A DNA stretch of 64,000 bases, from the NCBI RefSeq assembly GCF_009914755.1, contig NC_060929.1. The stretch is one strand, 5' to 3'. Below, in pieces: positions 1 through 16,890 of the stretch (position 1 is the first letter of the stretch; every line of letters starts with the position of its first letter). Made by a program: the position numbers and the translations under genes. A model generated the notes under the pieces. It ran no database searches, had not been told where the DNA came from, and saw only the letters and a list, made by a program, of their open reading frames with translations. Origin of the DNA: the human T2T-CHM13v2.0 reference genome, Homo sapiens.

Positions 1-1219
1 CAGATGCTCCCCTCAGTCTGTTTAAAACTTTGAGCAATTCACGTAATCAAATATCTTTCTTAAAGTATAAGTGGAAATAGAAGAATAAACATCAAAATTT
101 GAATAAATTAAATGGCAGACAACCTATGAAAAATATAATTTTTCTAGAGCTCTTGACAAATATCTATCAGAGGGTAAGAATGCTTTAATGTTGTTAAAAT
201 TAAAAAGAATACCAAGCTTTGGTTTCCACATTGTCTATCGTTTACTCAGTATCAAGCTGTATTTTAAACATGTGTTATATTTATGTAACACTTGTGTTTC
301 ATTACAATCTTCTCAGTCATCTATTCACCCATCCATGTATTAACTAATGCATTCGTGCTGTATCCTAAAATATTAATATTTGTGCTATTCCTGAACATCT
401 TTATAAATGATGTTCTACTCACCTTGCTCTAGATGGATTATGGTTGACTTGCTGAGAATGTGGAGATTAAAGCCATAAATATTGATATTTTGACTACCTA
501 CATAAGTTCATGAAAATAAACCATAAAATACCAAGAGAATCAAGAAATAATATATTCTTTTGAAATGAAAATAAAGGTATACCTTTAGCTATCCCTGCTG
601 TTCCACTGGAGACTAGATGAGGGATTTGTAGATTGGGAGACATGAAGAGAAATAAATGGGTCATGGCTTTAGATGAGGTCACCGCAGGAGCTGACAACAA
701 TGGAGTTTCTCAGGTGATCAAAGGAATAAAGAATAGAGACAAGGATAGGCTGCTGAACAAGATTCATCAATCGTCAGAGCCCAGTGGGGCTGAAGCTGCA
801 TCTGCACATCACCAACTAGCATTGAGGGTGCACCTCTTGTTTCCCATTGTTATCTACTGGAGCTATTCTTCCCTTTGGAGTAGGAATGACCTTCTCCCAA
901 GAGCTGGCACCAAGTCATGTTTCTTGCATGTTATGGATCATGCAAGAAAACTACCCCTATGTCCTGAGACTTGGCTAAGACCATCCTGTTTGTACATCTG
1001 CCTCACCCTACTTTTTTTTAATCACCCAGGACATATGAAATGTCATTACAGAAGTGTTTTTAACTAAGAAAGACTCTGATGAAGAGCAAAGGAAAACATC
1101 ACAACATCTCCTTATTAATGAAACACTTTCTTATTGCTCATTCAATAAATATATTTTGATCAACTTTATATCTAAACCTGGAAGGAACAAGCAACACTAT
1201 GAGAATAAAGCCTTTGATC

Positions 1220-1393
1220 CTAGAGTTGCGAAGAACTGACTAATGCCAATAACCTGAGTGAGATTGAAAGTAAGTCCATCCCCAGTAGATAAACCAATGC
1301 TTGAATCCTGTTCACAAAAACTATGAAAATAAATATGTGTTGATTTAAAGTACTAACTTTATGGCAATAGGTATATATTGTAATAAATAATAC
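1220..1393 (+). mobile_element. MLT1-family (MaLR) LTR 3' fragment
   Basis: AACTGACTAATGCCAATAACCTGAGTGAG...AATAAATATGTGTTGATTTAAAG...TAATACA resembles the MLT1 LTR 3' end. Confidence 0.55.
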
Positions 1394-4300
1394 ATTTTCT
1401 CAACTTTTTCATGTTGAGGTTTTCATTAATAGTGGCATTTAACTGACAGCTATTCATGAAATGTCCCCCATTGCCATTTTAAAATGCTTATTACTGAAAT
1501 GCATGCCTCATACTCATATACAGAAATATGTCACAACACTGCAAACAAAAACAAAAACATCCAATAAGCTTTCAGGATAATATCTTTTCGAAAATTAAAT
1601 CATAATAACATCTGGTTTGAAGCAATACTTATTTATGGCTTACGACTCTATGACAATTTTATGTAGTTTCCAGACACAGGACGCAACCCTCCCCCACCCA
1701 ACATTTATTTTTCAGTTGAGACTGATAATAGAGCATACAAGAGAATACTATAAGGCATATTACTCATATAATGAGGATTTGGGGGAGAGCAGGGCAGGAA
1801 AATCTTTGAAACTGGTCTAAAAATGGCTCAAGAGTGCATGAAAAGGAGCCTGCTTGGAGTTTTTATGGTAGGCACAGAGTGGGGCCAGGGCCAGCTCTCC
1901 ATCTGTGTGCAGGGGATTATATGGTTTGATTTCCTGGCAGTTCCACAGGAGGGAACACACAGATAATCTCATCAGCTTTCCCAGATTAGAGGCAGAAGTG
2001 GGAGAGGGAGGTTTGAGACTTAAAGTAGTGAGCGAATATCCAAAATTGGAGTTAGCTTTGTTGCAATAAGTTGTGTGTTGTTTGGTTTCTGCTTTGCTCT
2101 CGTTTGTGTCTGGAGTTACCTGTTGGCAGCTCTGCTGAATGCTGGTGGAGAATCCACACGCCTGGAAAACTGAGTTCCTCCAGTAGTTTTACAATGGTAG
2201 TGTAAGGAATCCAAAGGGAGAGGTGAAACACTCAGATATTGGAAAACTGTGGTTTGGAACTGGAACTCTACAACTTCGCATTTTATTAACTGAATTAAAT
2301 TATAAGGTCTGGTTAGATTTAAAGGGTGGAGCAGAGTCATTTTCTTCATTTAAAAAACCATTGCAAAATCAAATGGCAAGGGGCACAATTACAGGGAGTG
2401 GGATAATTGGAGCCATTCTTATAAACAATTTACTACAGAGCAGATCAAAAAGAAACATTTGTGTTGCACTTTATTGTATATAAATTTCAGCACGTGGAAT
2501 TCAGCAGAAACAAAGGGAAAAGCATCAGTTTACACGGGACATTCTGCCTCTGATTTACAGTATCAGGATTGTACTAACCAGAAATTTGAGTAGCCATCTT
2601 TTTACAACGGAAGTTAATTTTCAATCACTCTGATTTCTTCCTTGAGGAATATTGAATAACAGTACCTGACAAACTGTGGCTGAGTCCTTTTAAATTAAAC
2701 TACTCAGAAATAGCAATATCCAAGGAAAAGAATGCTGAGCAGGGCTAGGGAACAGTGAGATTTATAGAACCCTTAATTAAACTAAGAGTTAGCAACACAA
2801 AAAGTAAGATTCCCTGGAGCAGTATATCAATGGATTGCATTTTCTCATGTATTTGATCAATTCAAATAATTAGAAAATGAGGCAATCGTTTTAGGGATTT
2901 CCCTCCTTTGTAGTGCATGCCTGAATTCAAAGAATGTATGCTAAAAGTAAAAGTTTTATTGGCCAAATCTTAACCTACGTGAAGTTTATGATTTAATAAG
3001 GACTCTCACTGTAATACCATAAATTAAATCTAAGCCAAGTTCAAGCTTCACAGGCTGTCCATTGGGAAATACAACGTGATGACCTCACTTTATCAGGAAA
3101 TTACTGACATGATACATATGATCAAGGAACTTCTGAAAAGACATTTAAGCGTAAGTTAATAGATTATTTTAGAAAAAAAGGAAAAGATAATTTGACTTAA
3201 AAGACAATCTGGAGTATTATAATAATTAAATTAATCTATTAAACAGGAGCCTATTTAATGGCAAATTAATAGCAGCAGTCTACTGAAAATTGAAAATAAG
3301 AAAAGAGTGCCCATGACAATTATTTAATGATGTCCTGGAAAAACTAGAAGAACAATGAATAAGATTAATAAATATTGGCTAGTTGTTCTAATTAACCGAT
3401 TATTTGGTTGTCTACCTGGAAAGAATACAAGTAGCTAAAATATCATTATAACATATATAATATTATAAAATTTTGGTGCATTACTTTTTATTACATATAA
3501 TTACAAAAGTCAATAGCTTTCATTTACATTATCAATAAGATCAAATTTACATGTGTTTATAAAAAGGTATAAACTGAAATAGAATGAATATCTCACTCAT
3601 TAGAATAACCTAAATAGGAGGGTTTTTCTAGAAGTTATTTCCATCATGGATATACAGTACTGATCAAAGTATAATAGAACAACGTGATTGAACACGTGCC
3701 TAAATGATACTATAAATATTTCTGAATCAAATGTCTGTATAGATCTATTATATTACCATAACTCTAATATATTTATCAATTATGTAATGTTATTCAAAAC
3801 TCAATAGAGGCATAAAAAGATAGTAGAAACCAAACATGTTTGAAAAATGCAGAATATTTGTGCTACCATGTATTTAAATATATTATTGCCTTACAAAAAT
3901 TAAAACAATGTTTTACTGAAAAAAATATGTCTATTAGAACAATTAAAATAATAGAAATTATAGTAACAAAGTATTATGTTTAATATGAAGTAAGATAAGA
4001 GAATGTATTCATTTGTACACACATACATAGACCTAGACAGACACACACCTAGACTGTGACAGTGTTTTAAAATGGATGTTATTCTTCTATTTTATATAAT
4101 AAGTACATAATGTAACATGATGTTAAAAGAGTCCATGAAACATTACAATTTATTATTTGTGCATACTGAGCCTTCAGATGATTTTAACATTATTATTTAT
4201 TCTCTGTTATTCATTTTTTCTATAATGAATACAAAATTTTACACTTTCATTTCAAAAAATAAAATTTTAAAATAAGACTTATTGAGAAAAGTAATCATAT

Positions 4301-5120
4301 GTGAAATATTAAAGTACAGTTTAATTATCTGAAAAATACAAAACCAAGAGATTAGATGATTTCGCACCTGCATAAGAAAATATTATGCTTGCAGACTTCC
4401 TTGGTTTGAGACTGTTTGAAATATATATCTTTTCCTTTATTTATATTCATATCACAGACATATATATCATAGAAAGGAAAAAGAGGGCTACAAAGTGAAC
4501 AATTTCCTAGGAAATAAAATAAATTTGAATGTTCAAAGAATGGAAATCATTTTATAAACTACTGGCTCTCAAAGTGTGAGGCAGAATCCTTTGAGACAGA
4601 CTCAAAGTCAAATCTATTTTCACAATAATACTAAATATTATTTTTTGTTTTAACTCTTATTGTCTCAAAATTGTAGCTAGAGTTTTCTAAAAAGCTACAT
4701 GACATGACAGTTTAATTGCTCATATGATGTGTGGAGTTGGTGAAGTATTGGAAATTGTGTATTCTTATGTGTATTTCTGTTTCCTAGAATATTCTGAGAT
4801 AGCAGCTTGATAGAGGGAGAGATAATAGAGAGATATAATTTTTTAATGATTAACTCAATTTTCTTTCAGAGTTCTTACTGTGCTCTTGCTAGCTATTTTT
4901 AATTATAACAATTATCTCTGTAACCTCGTTATCATCAAATAAATATTTAAAAATCCCAGTGTTTCATATGCCTGTGAAAAATACAACAATAAATACAGTT
5001 TTCTCATTTTGCAATGTATTTAAATGTTTTTTAATACTTTTATTTAAGGGTATTATTTCAGAATTTTATGTATATTTTCACATAATTAAAAATAGATATT
5101 TTGTGTAAAAAAAGAGATTA

Positions 5121-5445
5121 GGCCAGGCACAGTGGATCATGTCTGTAAATCCTAGTGCTTTGGGTGACTGAGGCAGTAGGATCACTTGAGGCCAGGAGTT
5201 GGGCACCAGCCTAGCAACAGAAAGACCCCAGTTCTACAAAAAGTAAAGACATTAATGGGTATTGCTGTGTGTGCCTTTAACCCTGGCTACTGAGGAGGCT
5301 GAGGTGGGAGGATTTCTTGAACTCAGGAATTCAAGGACACAGTGAGCTATAATTGTGCCGCTGTACTCCAGCCTGCGCAACAGAGCAAGACCTTGTCACT
5401 ATTAAAATAATAATAATAATAATATTAATAAAATGAAAAAATAAA
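5121..5445 (+). mobile_element. AluJ
   Basis: GGCCAGGCACAGTGG...GGATCACTTGAGGCCAGGAGTT; highly diverged; (AAT)n tail. Confidence 0.9.
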
Positions 5446-6159
5446 AAGATAGATGACTTGCTTTCTTAACCCACACTTGCATCATCTATGTCTAACGATT
5501 CTGATACAAGATGAAATTAACACATCTGCGATCTCTACATTAAACATAAACATGATCTTTGTTTAAAAACTCAAATATTGTTTTATCTTTTCAAATGAGA
5601 AATAAGAAAGCCACTGATGTATCTAACCAGAGTATAATTTATGTCTTGACCTTGTGTGCACAACTTTCCAACTTTCTGTGTTAAGAATTATGAAGTACAC
5701 TTCAAAGACTTCTGCTGGTTATATCTAGGTGTAACTGCGTTGCAAGCTGAAGTAGAAACTGTTTTTTTTTTTTCAAGGAAGACCAGTTTTATTGAAATAA
5801 TGTCTTGACAAATAATGATAAATGAGACTATGGTATTTTACAAATATTTTCTTGAAAATATAAAATGAACCACTATCTTCCAGGAAAGCTATTTTCTGTG
5901 CTCCTTGCTAATGAGATAATAAATGTCTTGGGAAAAAATTAAAGTTTTGGAAACTGTGAGCTAATGACATTTCAGTGTTGTTCAAAAATAAAATTTTTAT
6001 TTTTGATAAGTAAACTTAAAAATAAAATTTGCGTTTTTGATTGATTTCTTTGAAATCAATGGTGATATTTTAAAATGTGAGGTCAACTTTTGAAAGAACT
6101 GTTTAACTAAGTTGCACAATATTTTCCAAAGTAACCAATGACAAAAAAATACATGGGTA

Positions 6160-6470
<311 letters not shown>

Positions 6471-6723
6471 TCACAGAGGAAGAGACATATTAATTTCAAT
6501 ATATTTCAATATAATTGAGTATGGATTTTCAGATTCCACTTCTCTAGTTTTAGCTTATATCGGATAAATATCTACAATGATCACAAAAGATTATAAATTG
6601 CTGTTCCTTTTCCTGAATATCCTTTACATCCTTCAGTTCACACACCTTTTGTAAGAGATTGAAGGCACAAACGGATATAAGAATCAAGTTATCCTGTATT
6701 GAGCCGAATTGAAGTAGATTTTC

Positions 6724-7427
<704 letters not shown>

Positions 7428-7552
7428 TAAAATGTGTTATGTTAGTAGGTAATAGGATTATTGGTATATTAAAATTAATTTATAAATAAATATTTTAAAA
7501 ATATCATTTTAAAATTTCCATTACAATTAAAATTGATAACTATATACCACAT

Positions 7553-9928
7553 GGGTATATTGTAGATGTATATATTTATGGGATACATGAGATATCTTGA
7601 TACAGGCATACAATGTGTAATAATCACATCAGGGTAAACATATGTGTGGTATATTTATTAAAATAAATAAAAATATTAAAATGATTGTAAAGATATTATC
7701 TAATTTATGATTTTAAGATAAAGTATCTACATATATTAAAAAGTATTTTCACTTATCACGTCAGTTGCGGGATTATTTCAGTTGGTATAGGAGTCTGTGT
7801 ATTTCTTATGATAGGTTAATTCTACATTTTATATTTAATACCAATCATTTTATAATGATATCACAGCCTTTTAACAAAACATTCTCTACATCATTAATGC
7901 AAGTATCAAGCAAAATATCTATGCATTCTTACATTATGTCATTTATTGTGGCTGTTTTAATCTTTTGCACACAAAATTCTTTCAGCAAATATATTTTTTT
8001 AAAACAACAGTTCTCAAAATTTTTGGTCTTGGGAACCCTTTGCATTCTTAAAGAGAGGAAATAATCCCAAAGATGTGTTTACTATACTCTTTTTGTTATT
8101 TTAAAGTGTACAATAAATTATTGTTGACCGTAATCATTCTTTTGTGCTTTCAAATACTACATCTTATTCATTCTTTCTAACTATATTTGTGTATCCATTA
8201 ACCATCCTCACTTCCGCACCCACCTCACTACCCTTTTCAGCTTCTGGTAACCATCATTTCTGCTCTCTATCTCCATGAGTTCAGTGGTTTCAATTTTTAG
8301 CTTCCACAACAGTTTACGAACACGCAGTTTGTCTTTCTGTGCATGGCTTAATTCATTTAACATATTTTCCATCTATGTTGTTGCAAATGACAGAATCTCA
8401 TTTTCTTTTATGGATGAATAGTACTTTTTTCGGTATACATACCACATTTTCTTTGTGCGTTCATCTGTTGATGAACATTGAAGTTGCTTGCAAATCTTGG
8501 CTATTGTGCATAGTGCTGCAATAAACACGGGCATGCAGCTGTATTGTTGACATAATGATTTCCTTTCTTTTTGGTATATACCTAGCAGTGGGATTACTGG
8601 ATCACATGGTGATTTTACTGGTAGATTTTTGAGGAACTTCCATACTGTTCTCCGTAATGGATATACTAATTTGCACTTTCATCAATGGTGTATGAGGGTT
8701 CCCTTTTCTACCTCAGACACATTATCGCCAGCATTCATTATTGCCTGTCTTCTGGATAATAGTCGTTTTAACTAGGATGAGATAATATCACATGGTAGTT
8801 TTGAATTGCATTTCTCTGATGATCAATGGTATTGAGTACCTTTTCATATACCTATCTGCCATCTGTATGTCTTTTTTTGAGACATATCTATTCAGATTTT
8901 TTGCCCAGTTTTGAAACAGATTATTAGATTTTTCCTATTCAATTTTTTGAGCTCTCTATGTATTCTGGTTACTAATTTTTTGTAAGATAGTTTGCAAATA
9001 TTTTCTCTCATTTTTTGGGTTGTCTCTTCACTATGTTTCCTTTGCTGTGCAGAAGCTTTTTAAATTGATATGGTCTTATTTGTACATTTTTGTTTTGGTT
9101 ACCTGTGCTTATGAGATATTACTCAAAAAAAATCTCTGCTTAGACCAATGTCCTGGAGAGTTTTTACAATGCTTTCTTTTAGATGTTTCACAGTTTGTGG
9201 TCTTAGATTTATATCATTAATAAATTTTGATTTTTTATATGGTGAGATAGGGGTCTAGTTTCATTCTTCTGCATATGATTTCCAGTTTTTCCATTAACAT
9301 GCATTGAAGAGATTGTGTTTTCTCCAATATATGTTCTTGGCACCTTTTTCAAAATGATTTCATTGTAGGTGTGTGGATATTTTTCTGGAACCCATTCCAT
9401 TTATCTATGTGTCTGTTTTTGTGCCAACATCATGCTGTTTTTGTTAGAATTGCTCTACAGTATAATTTTAAGCCAGATAATGTAATTTCTCCTGTTTTGT
9501 TCTTTTTGCTGAGAATGGCGTTGGCTATTCTGGGTCATTTGTGGTTCCATAAAAATTTTAATATTATTGTTTTCTATTTCTGTGAAGAATGTCATTGGCA
9601 TTGTGATAAAGATTGCATTGAATCTGTAGAGAGTTTTTAGTAATGTAGACATTTGAACAATATCGATTTTTCCAATTTATGAAGATGGAATAACTTTTAA
9701 CTTTTTGTGTCTTCAATTTCTTACATCAACATTTTATCATTTCATTATTGAAATCTTTCACTTTTTTGGTTAAGTTTATTCCTAGGTATTTTGTTTTAAA
9801 TGTAGCTATTGTAAGTGGAATTACTTTTACGATTACTTTTTTAGATTGTTTGCTGTTGGTGTATAAAAAATGCTACTGATTTTTGTATGTTGATTTTGGA
9901 TCCTACAACTTTACTCAATTTATTTATA
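7553..9928 (-). mobile_element. L1MA (L1MA1-4-like) 3' part, split by an inverted insert at about 7639-8080
   Basis: L1MA 3'UTR GATACAGGCATACAATGTGTAATAATCACATCAGGGTAAA resumes at TATACTCTTTTTGTTATTTTAAAGTGTACAA; ORF 9455-9652 (YRFNAIFITMPMTFFTEIE) is an ORF2 remnant. Confidence 0.85.
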
Positions 9929-11073
9929 ACTTTGATATTTGACTGTCATAGCCTGTTTTAAAAAGAGTAAAGGTAAAAATAAAATAAAATTTAATGATAT
10001 TATTGAAGTTTCCATCACAGATGGTTAAAATAGACTCATAATGGAAAAAAATGTTATGCATTTAGATTGTTTTAAATGTAGGACTAGTCAGTATCTGCCA
10101 AACATGAGCTAAAAATTAGGGCTACAAGTGAGTTTTTAGGAACAATGTAACATGCTCTAGTGTGAAGGAAGTTCACCTTTTATTGGGCTGTGATTTAGCT
10201 TCCAACCTCTTACTCTCAGGCTCGTCTCACTATCCATTGTTGTTAACAATACAATAGTGTATCTAGGTTGTGTTTGCTGTAGAATGACACAATTTGCTGT
10301 GTTGCCTCCAAAACTCCAGCTTCTTGTAGAGAGTCCCATTTTCAAGCATTTCTGCCAGTTTTGCTGATGATACAGCTGTTTTTGTTTTTTAACCTCACTT
10401 TGCCAAAATATTTTACTCAAAGAGATAATTTTAATTTTTATTCACTCTTTATTATACATTCTTCACTACAGAGAAACATAGATTTAAATCTGGTGATGAT
10501 TGTGTTATAGAAGAAGACAATCAGAATACTAGATGCTGATTATCTTAGAATCTTCTCTGACACCTACCTTCCCCTTTTGTTTCCTTGAACCAAACTTGTG
10601 CTTCCTCTGGGCTTTTCCCATAAAATCAGGTCATTGTTGGATGAGTCTTTTGGTTCATTCTAAATAGTGAGCATCGTTAAGTTCTTCAAAAATTTCTATA
10701 GGTATCTAAATTCTTGGTAAACGCTATTTAGACCTAGTGTTTAAAAAATACAATTACCTCCAATGACTAGGAGTAAGCAAGTGATTTTGGAACTTGTGTT
10801 TCAATGTATCATGTAATATGTGTTTTATTGGTGTATGAAAAATAACTTTCTTTTTTTTTTCTTTTATTATTATACTTTAAGTTTTAGGGTACATGTGCAC
10901 ATTGTGCAGGTTAGTTACATATGTATACATGTGCCACGCTGGTGCGCTGCACCCACTAACTCGTCATCCAGCATTAGGTATATCTCCCAATGCTATCCCT
11001 CCCCCCTCCCCCCACCCCACAACAGTCCCCAGAGTGTGATGTTCCCCTTCCTGTGTCCATGTGATCTCATTGT

Positions 11074-14916
<3,843 letters not shown>

Positions 14917-14964
14917 TTATTTTGCTCATTAGTTGATGCAGTTTCTTCCTAGTCTCGATGGTCT

Positions 14965-15981
14965 TTACATTTTGGCATGATTTTGCAGCAGCTGATACCG
15001 GTTGTTCCTTTCCATGTTTAGCGCTTCCTTCAGGACCTCTTTTAGGGCAGGCCTGGTGGTGACAAAATCTCTCAGCATTTGCTTGTCTGTAAAGTATTTT
15101 ATTTCTCCTTCACTTATGAAGCTTATTTTGGCTGGATATGAAATTCTGGGTTGAAAATTCTTTTATTTAAGAATGTTGAATATTGGCCCCCACTCTTTTC
15201 TGGCTTGTAGGGTTTCTGCCAAGAGATCCGCTGTTAGTCTGATGGGCTTCCCTTTGAGGGTAACCCGACCTTTCTCTCTGGCTGCCCTTAACATTTTTTC
15301 CTTCATTTCAACTTTGGTGAATCTGACAATTATGTGTCTTGGAGTTGCTCTTCTCAAGGAGTACCTTTGTGGTGTTCTCTGTATTTCCTGAATCTGAACG
15401 TTGGCCTGCCTTGCTAGATTGGGGAAGTTCTCCTGGACAATATCCTGCAGAGTGTTTTCCAACTTGGTTCCATTCTCCCCGTCACTTTCAGGTACACCAA
15501 TCAGACGTAGATTTGGTCTTTTCACATAGTCCCATATTTCTTGGAGGCTTTGCTCATTTCTTTTTATTCTTTTTTCTCTAAACTTCCCTTCTCACTTCAT
15601 TTCATTCATTTCATCTTCCATCGCTGATACCTTTTCTTCCAGTTGATCGCATCGGCTCCTGAGGCTTCTGCATTCTTCACGTAGTTCTCGAGCCTTGGTT
15701 TTCAGCTCCATCAGCTCCTTTAAGCACTTCTCTGTATCGGTTATTCTAGTTATACATTCTTCTAAATTTTTTTCAAAGTTTTCAACTTCTTTGCCTTTGG
15801 TTTGAATGTCCTCCCGTAGCTCAGAGTAATTTGATCGTCTGAAGCCTTCTTCTCTCAGCTCGTCAAAGTCGTTCTCCATCCAGCTTTGTTCCATTGCTGG
15901 TGAGGAACTGCATTCCTTTGGAGGAGGAGAGGTGCTCTGCTTTTTAGAGTTTCCAGTTTTTCTGTTCTGTTTTTTCCCCAT
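14965..15981 (-). pseudogene. L1 ORF1 of copy A; stops at codons 130 (CGA>TGA) and 273 (GAA>TAA)
   Basis: MGKKQNRKTG...; 1017 nt; ORF-track pieces 15592-15981 and 15163-15525 are in the same frame. Confidence 0.95.
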
Positions 15982-16890
15982 CTTTGTGGTTTTATCTACG
16001 TTTGGTCTTTGATGATGGTGATGTACAGATGGGTTTTTGGTGTGGATGTCCTTTCTGTTTGTTAGTTTTCCTTCTAACAGACAGGACCCTCAGCTGCAGG
16101 TCTGTTGGAATACCCTGCCATGTGAGGTGTCAGTGTGCCCCTGCTGGGGGGTGCCTCCTAGTTAGGCTGCTCAGGGGTCAGGGGTCAGGGACCCACTTGA
16201 GGAGGCAGTCTGCCCGTTCTCAGATCTCCAGCTGCGTGCTGGGAGAACCACTGCTCTCTTCAAAGCTGTCAGACAGGGACATTTAAGTCTGCAGAGGTTA
16301 CTGCTGTCTTTTTGTTTGTCTGTGCCCTGCCCCCAGAGGGGGAGCCTACAGAGGCAGGCAGGCCTCCTTGAGCTGTGGTGGGCTCCACCCAGTTTGAGCT
16401 TCCTGGCTGCTTTGTTTACCTAATCAAGCCTGGGCAATGGCGGGCGCCCCTCCCCCAGCCTTGCTGCCGCCTTGCAGTTTGATCTCAGACTGCTGTGCTA
16501 GCAATCAGCGAGACTCCGTGGGCGTAGGACCCTCCGAGCCAGGTGCGGGATATAATCTCGTGATGCACCGTTTTTTAAGCCCGTCAGAAAAGCGCAGTAT
16601 TCGGGTGGGAGTGACCCGATTTTCCAGGTGCCGTCCCTCACCCCTTTCTTTGACTAGGAAAGGGAACTCCCTGACCCCTTGCGCTTCCCGAGTGAGGTAA
16701 TGCCTCACCCTGCTTCGGCTCGCGCACGGTGCGTGCACCCACTGACCTGCGCCCACTGTCTGGCACTCCCTAGTGAGATGAACCCGGTACCTCAGATGGA
16801 AATGCAGAAATCACCCGTCTTCTGCGTCGCTCACGCTGGGAGCTGTAGACCGGAGCTGTTCCTATTCGGCCATCTTGGCTCCTCCCCTCC
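15982..16890 (-). promoter_or_regulatory. L1 5'UTR internal sense promoter plus antisense promoter; YY1 site intact; lacks the 129-bp ZNF93-binding segment
   Basis: GGCCATCTTGG at 16868-16878; CpG-rich; junction GGCAGGGTATTCCAACAGAC on the L1 sense strand. Confidence 0.8.
16437..16700 (+). CDS. L1 ORF0 (antisense ORF), open, 87-aa variant; expression unknown
   Basis: MAGAPPPALLPPCSLISDCCASNQRDSVGVGPSEPG... matches primate ORF0; strong Kozak context GCAATGG. Confidence 0.6.
   Translation: MAGAPPPALLPPCSLISDCCASNQRDSVGVGPSEPGAGYNLVMHRFLSPSEKRSIRVGVTRFSRCRPSPLSLTRKGNSLTPCASRVR

Noticed and set aside
633-1067. 144-aa ORF
   Set aside because: Starts at a non-ATG codon, begins in an L2-like relic, has no recognisable domain and no exon structure
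1700-2060. Possible old ERV LTR
   Set aside because: Looks LTR-like but I cannot assign a family or termini with confidence
15890-15915. Shared ORF1 R24C and T30M as evidence of conversion
   Set aside because: Both are CpG transitions that recur independently, so they were not counted
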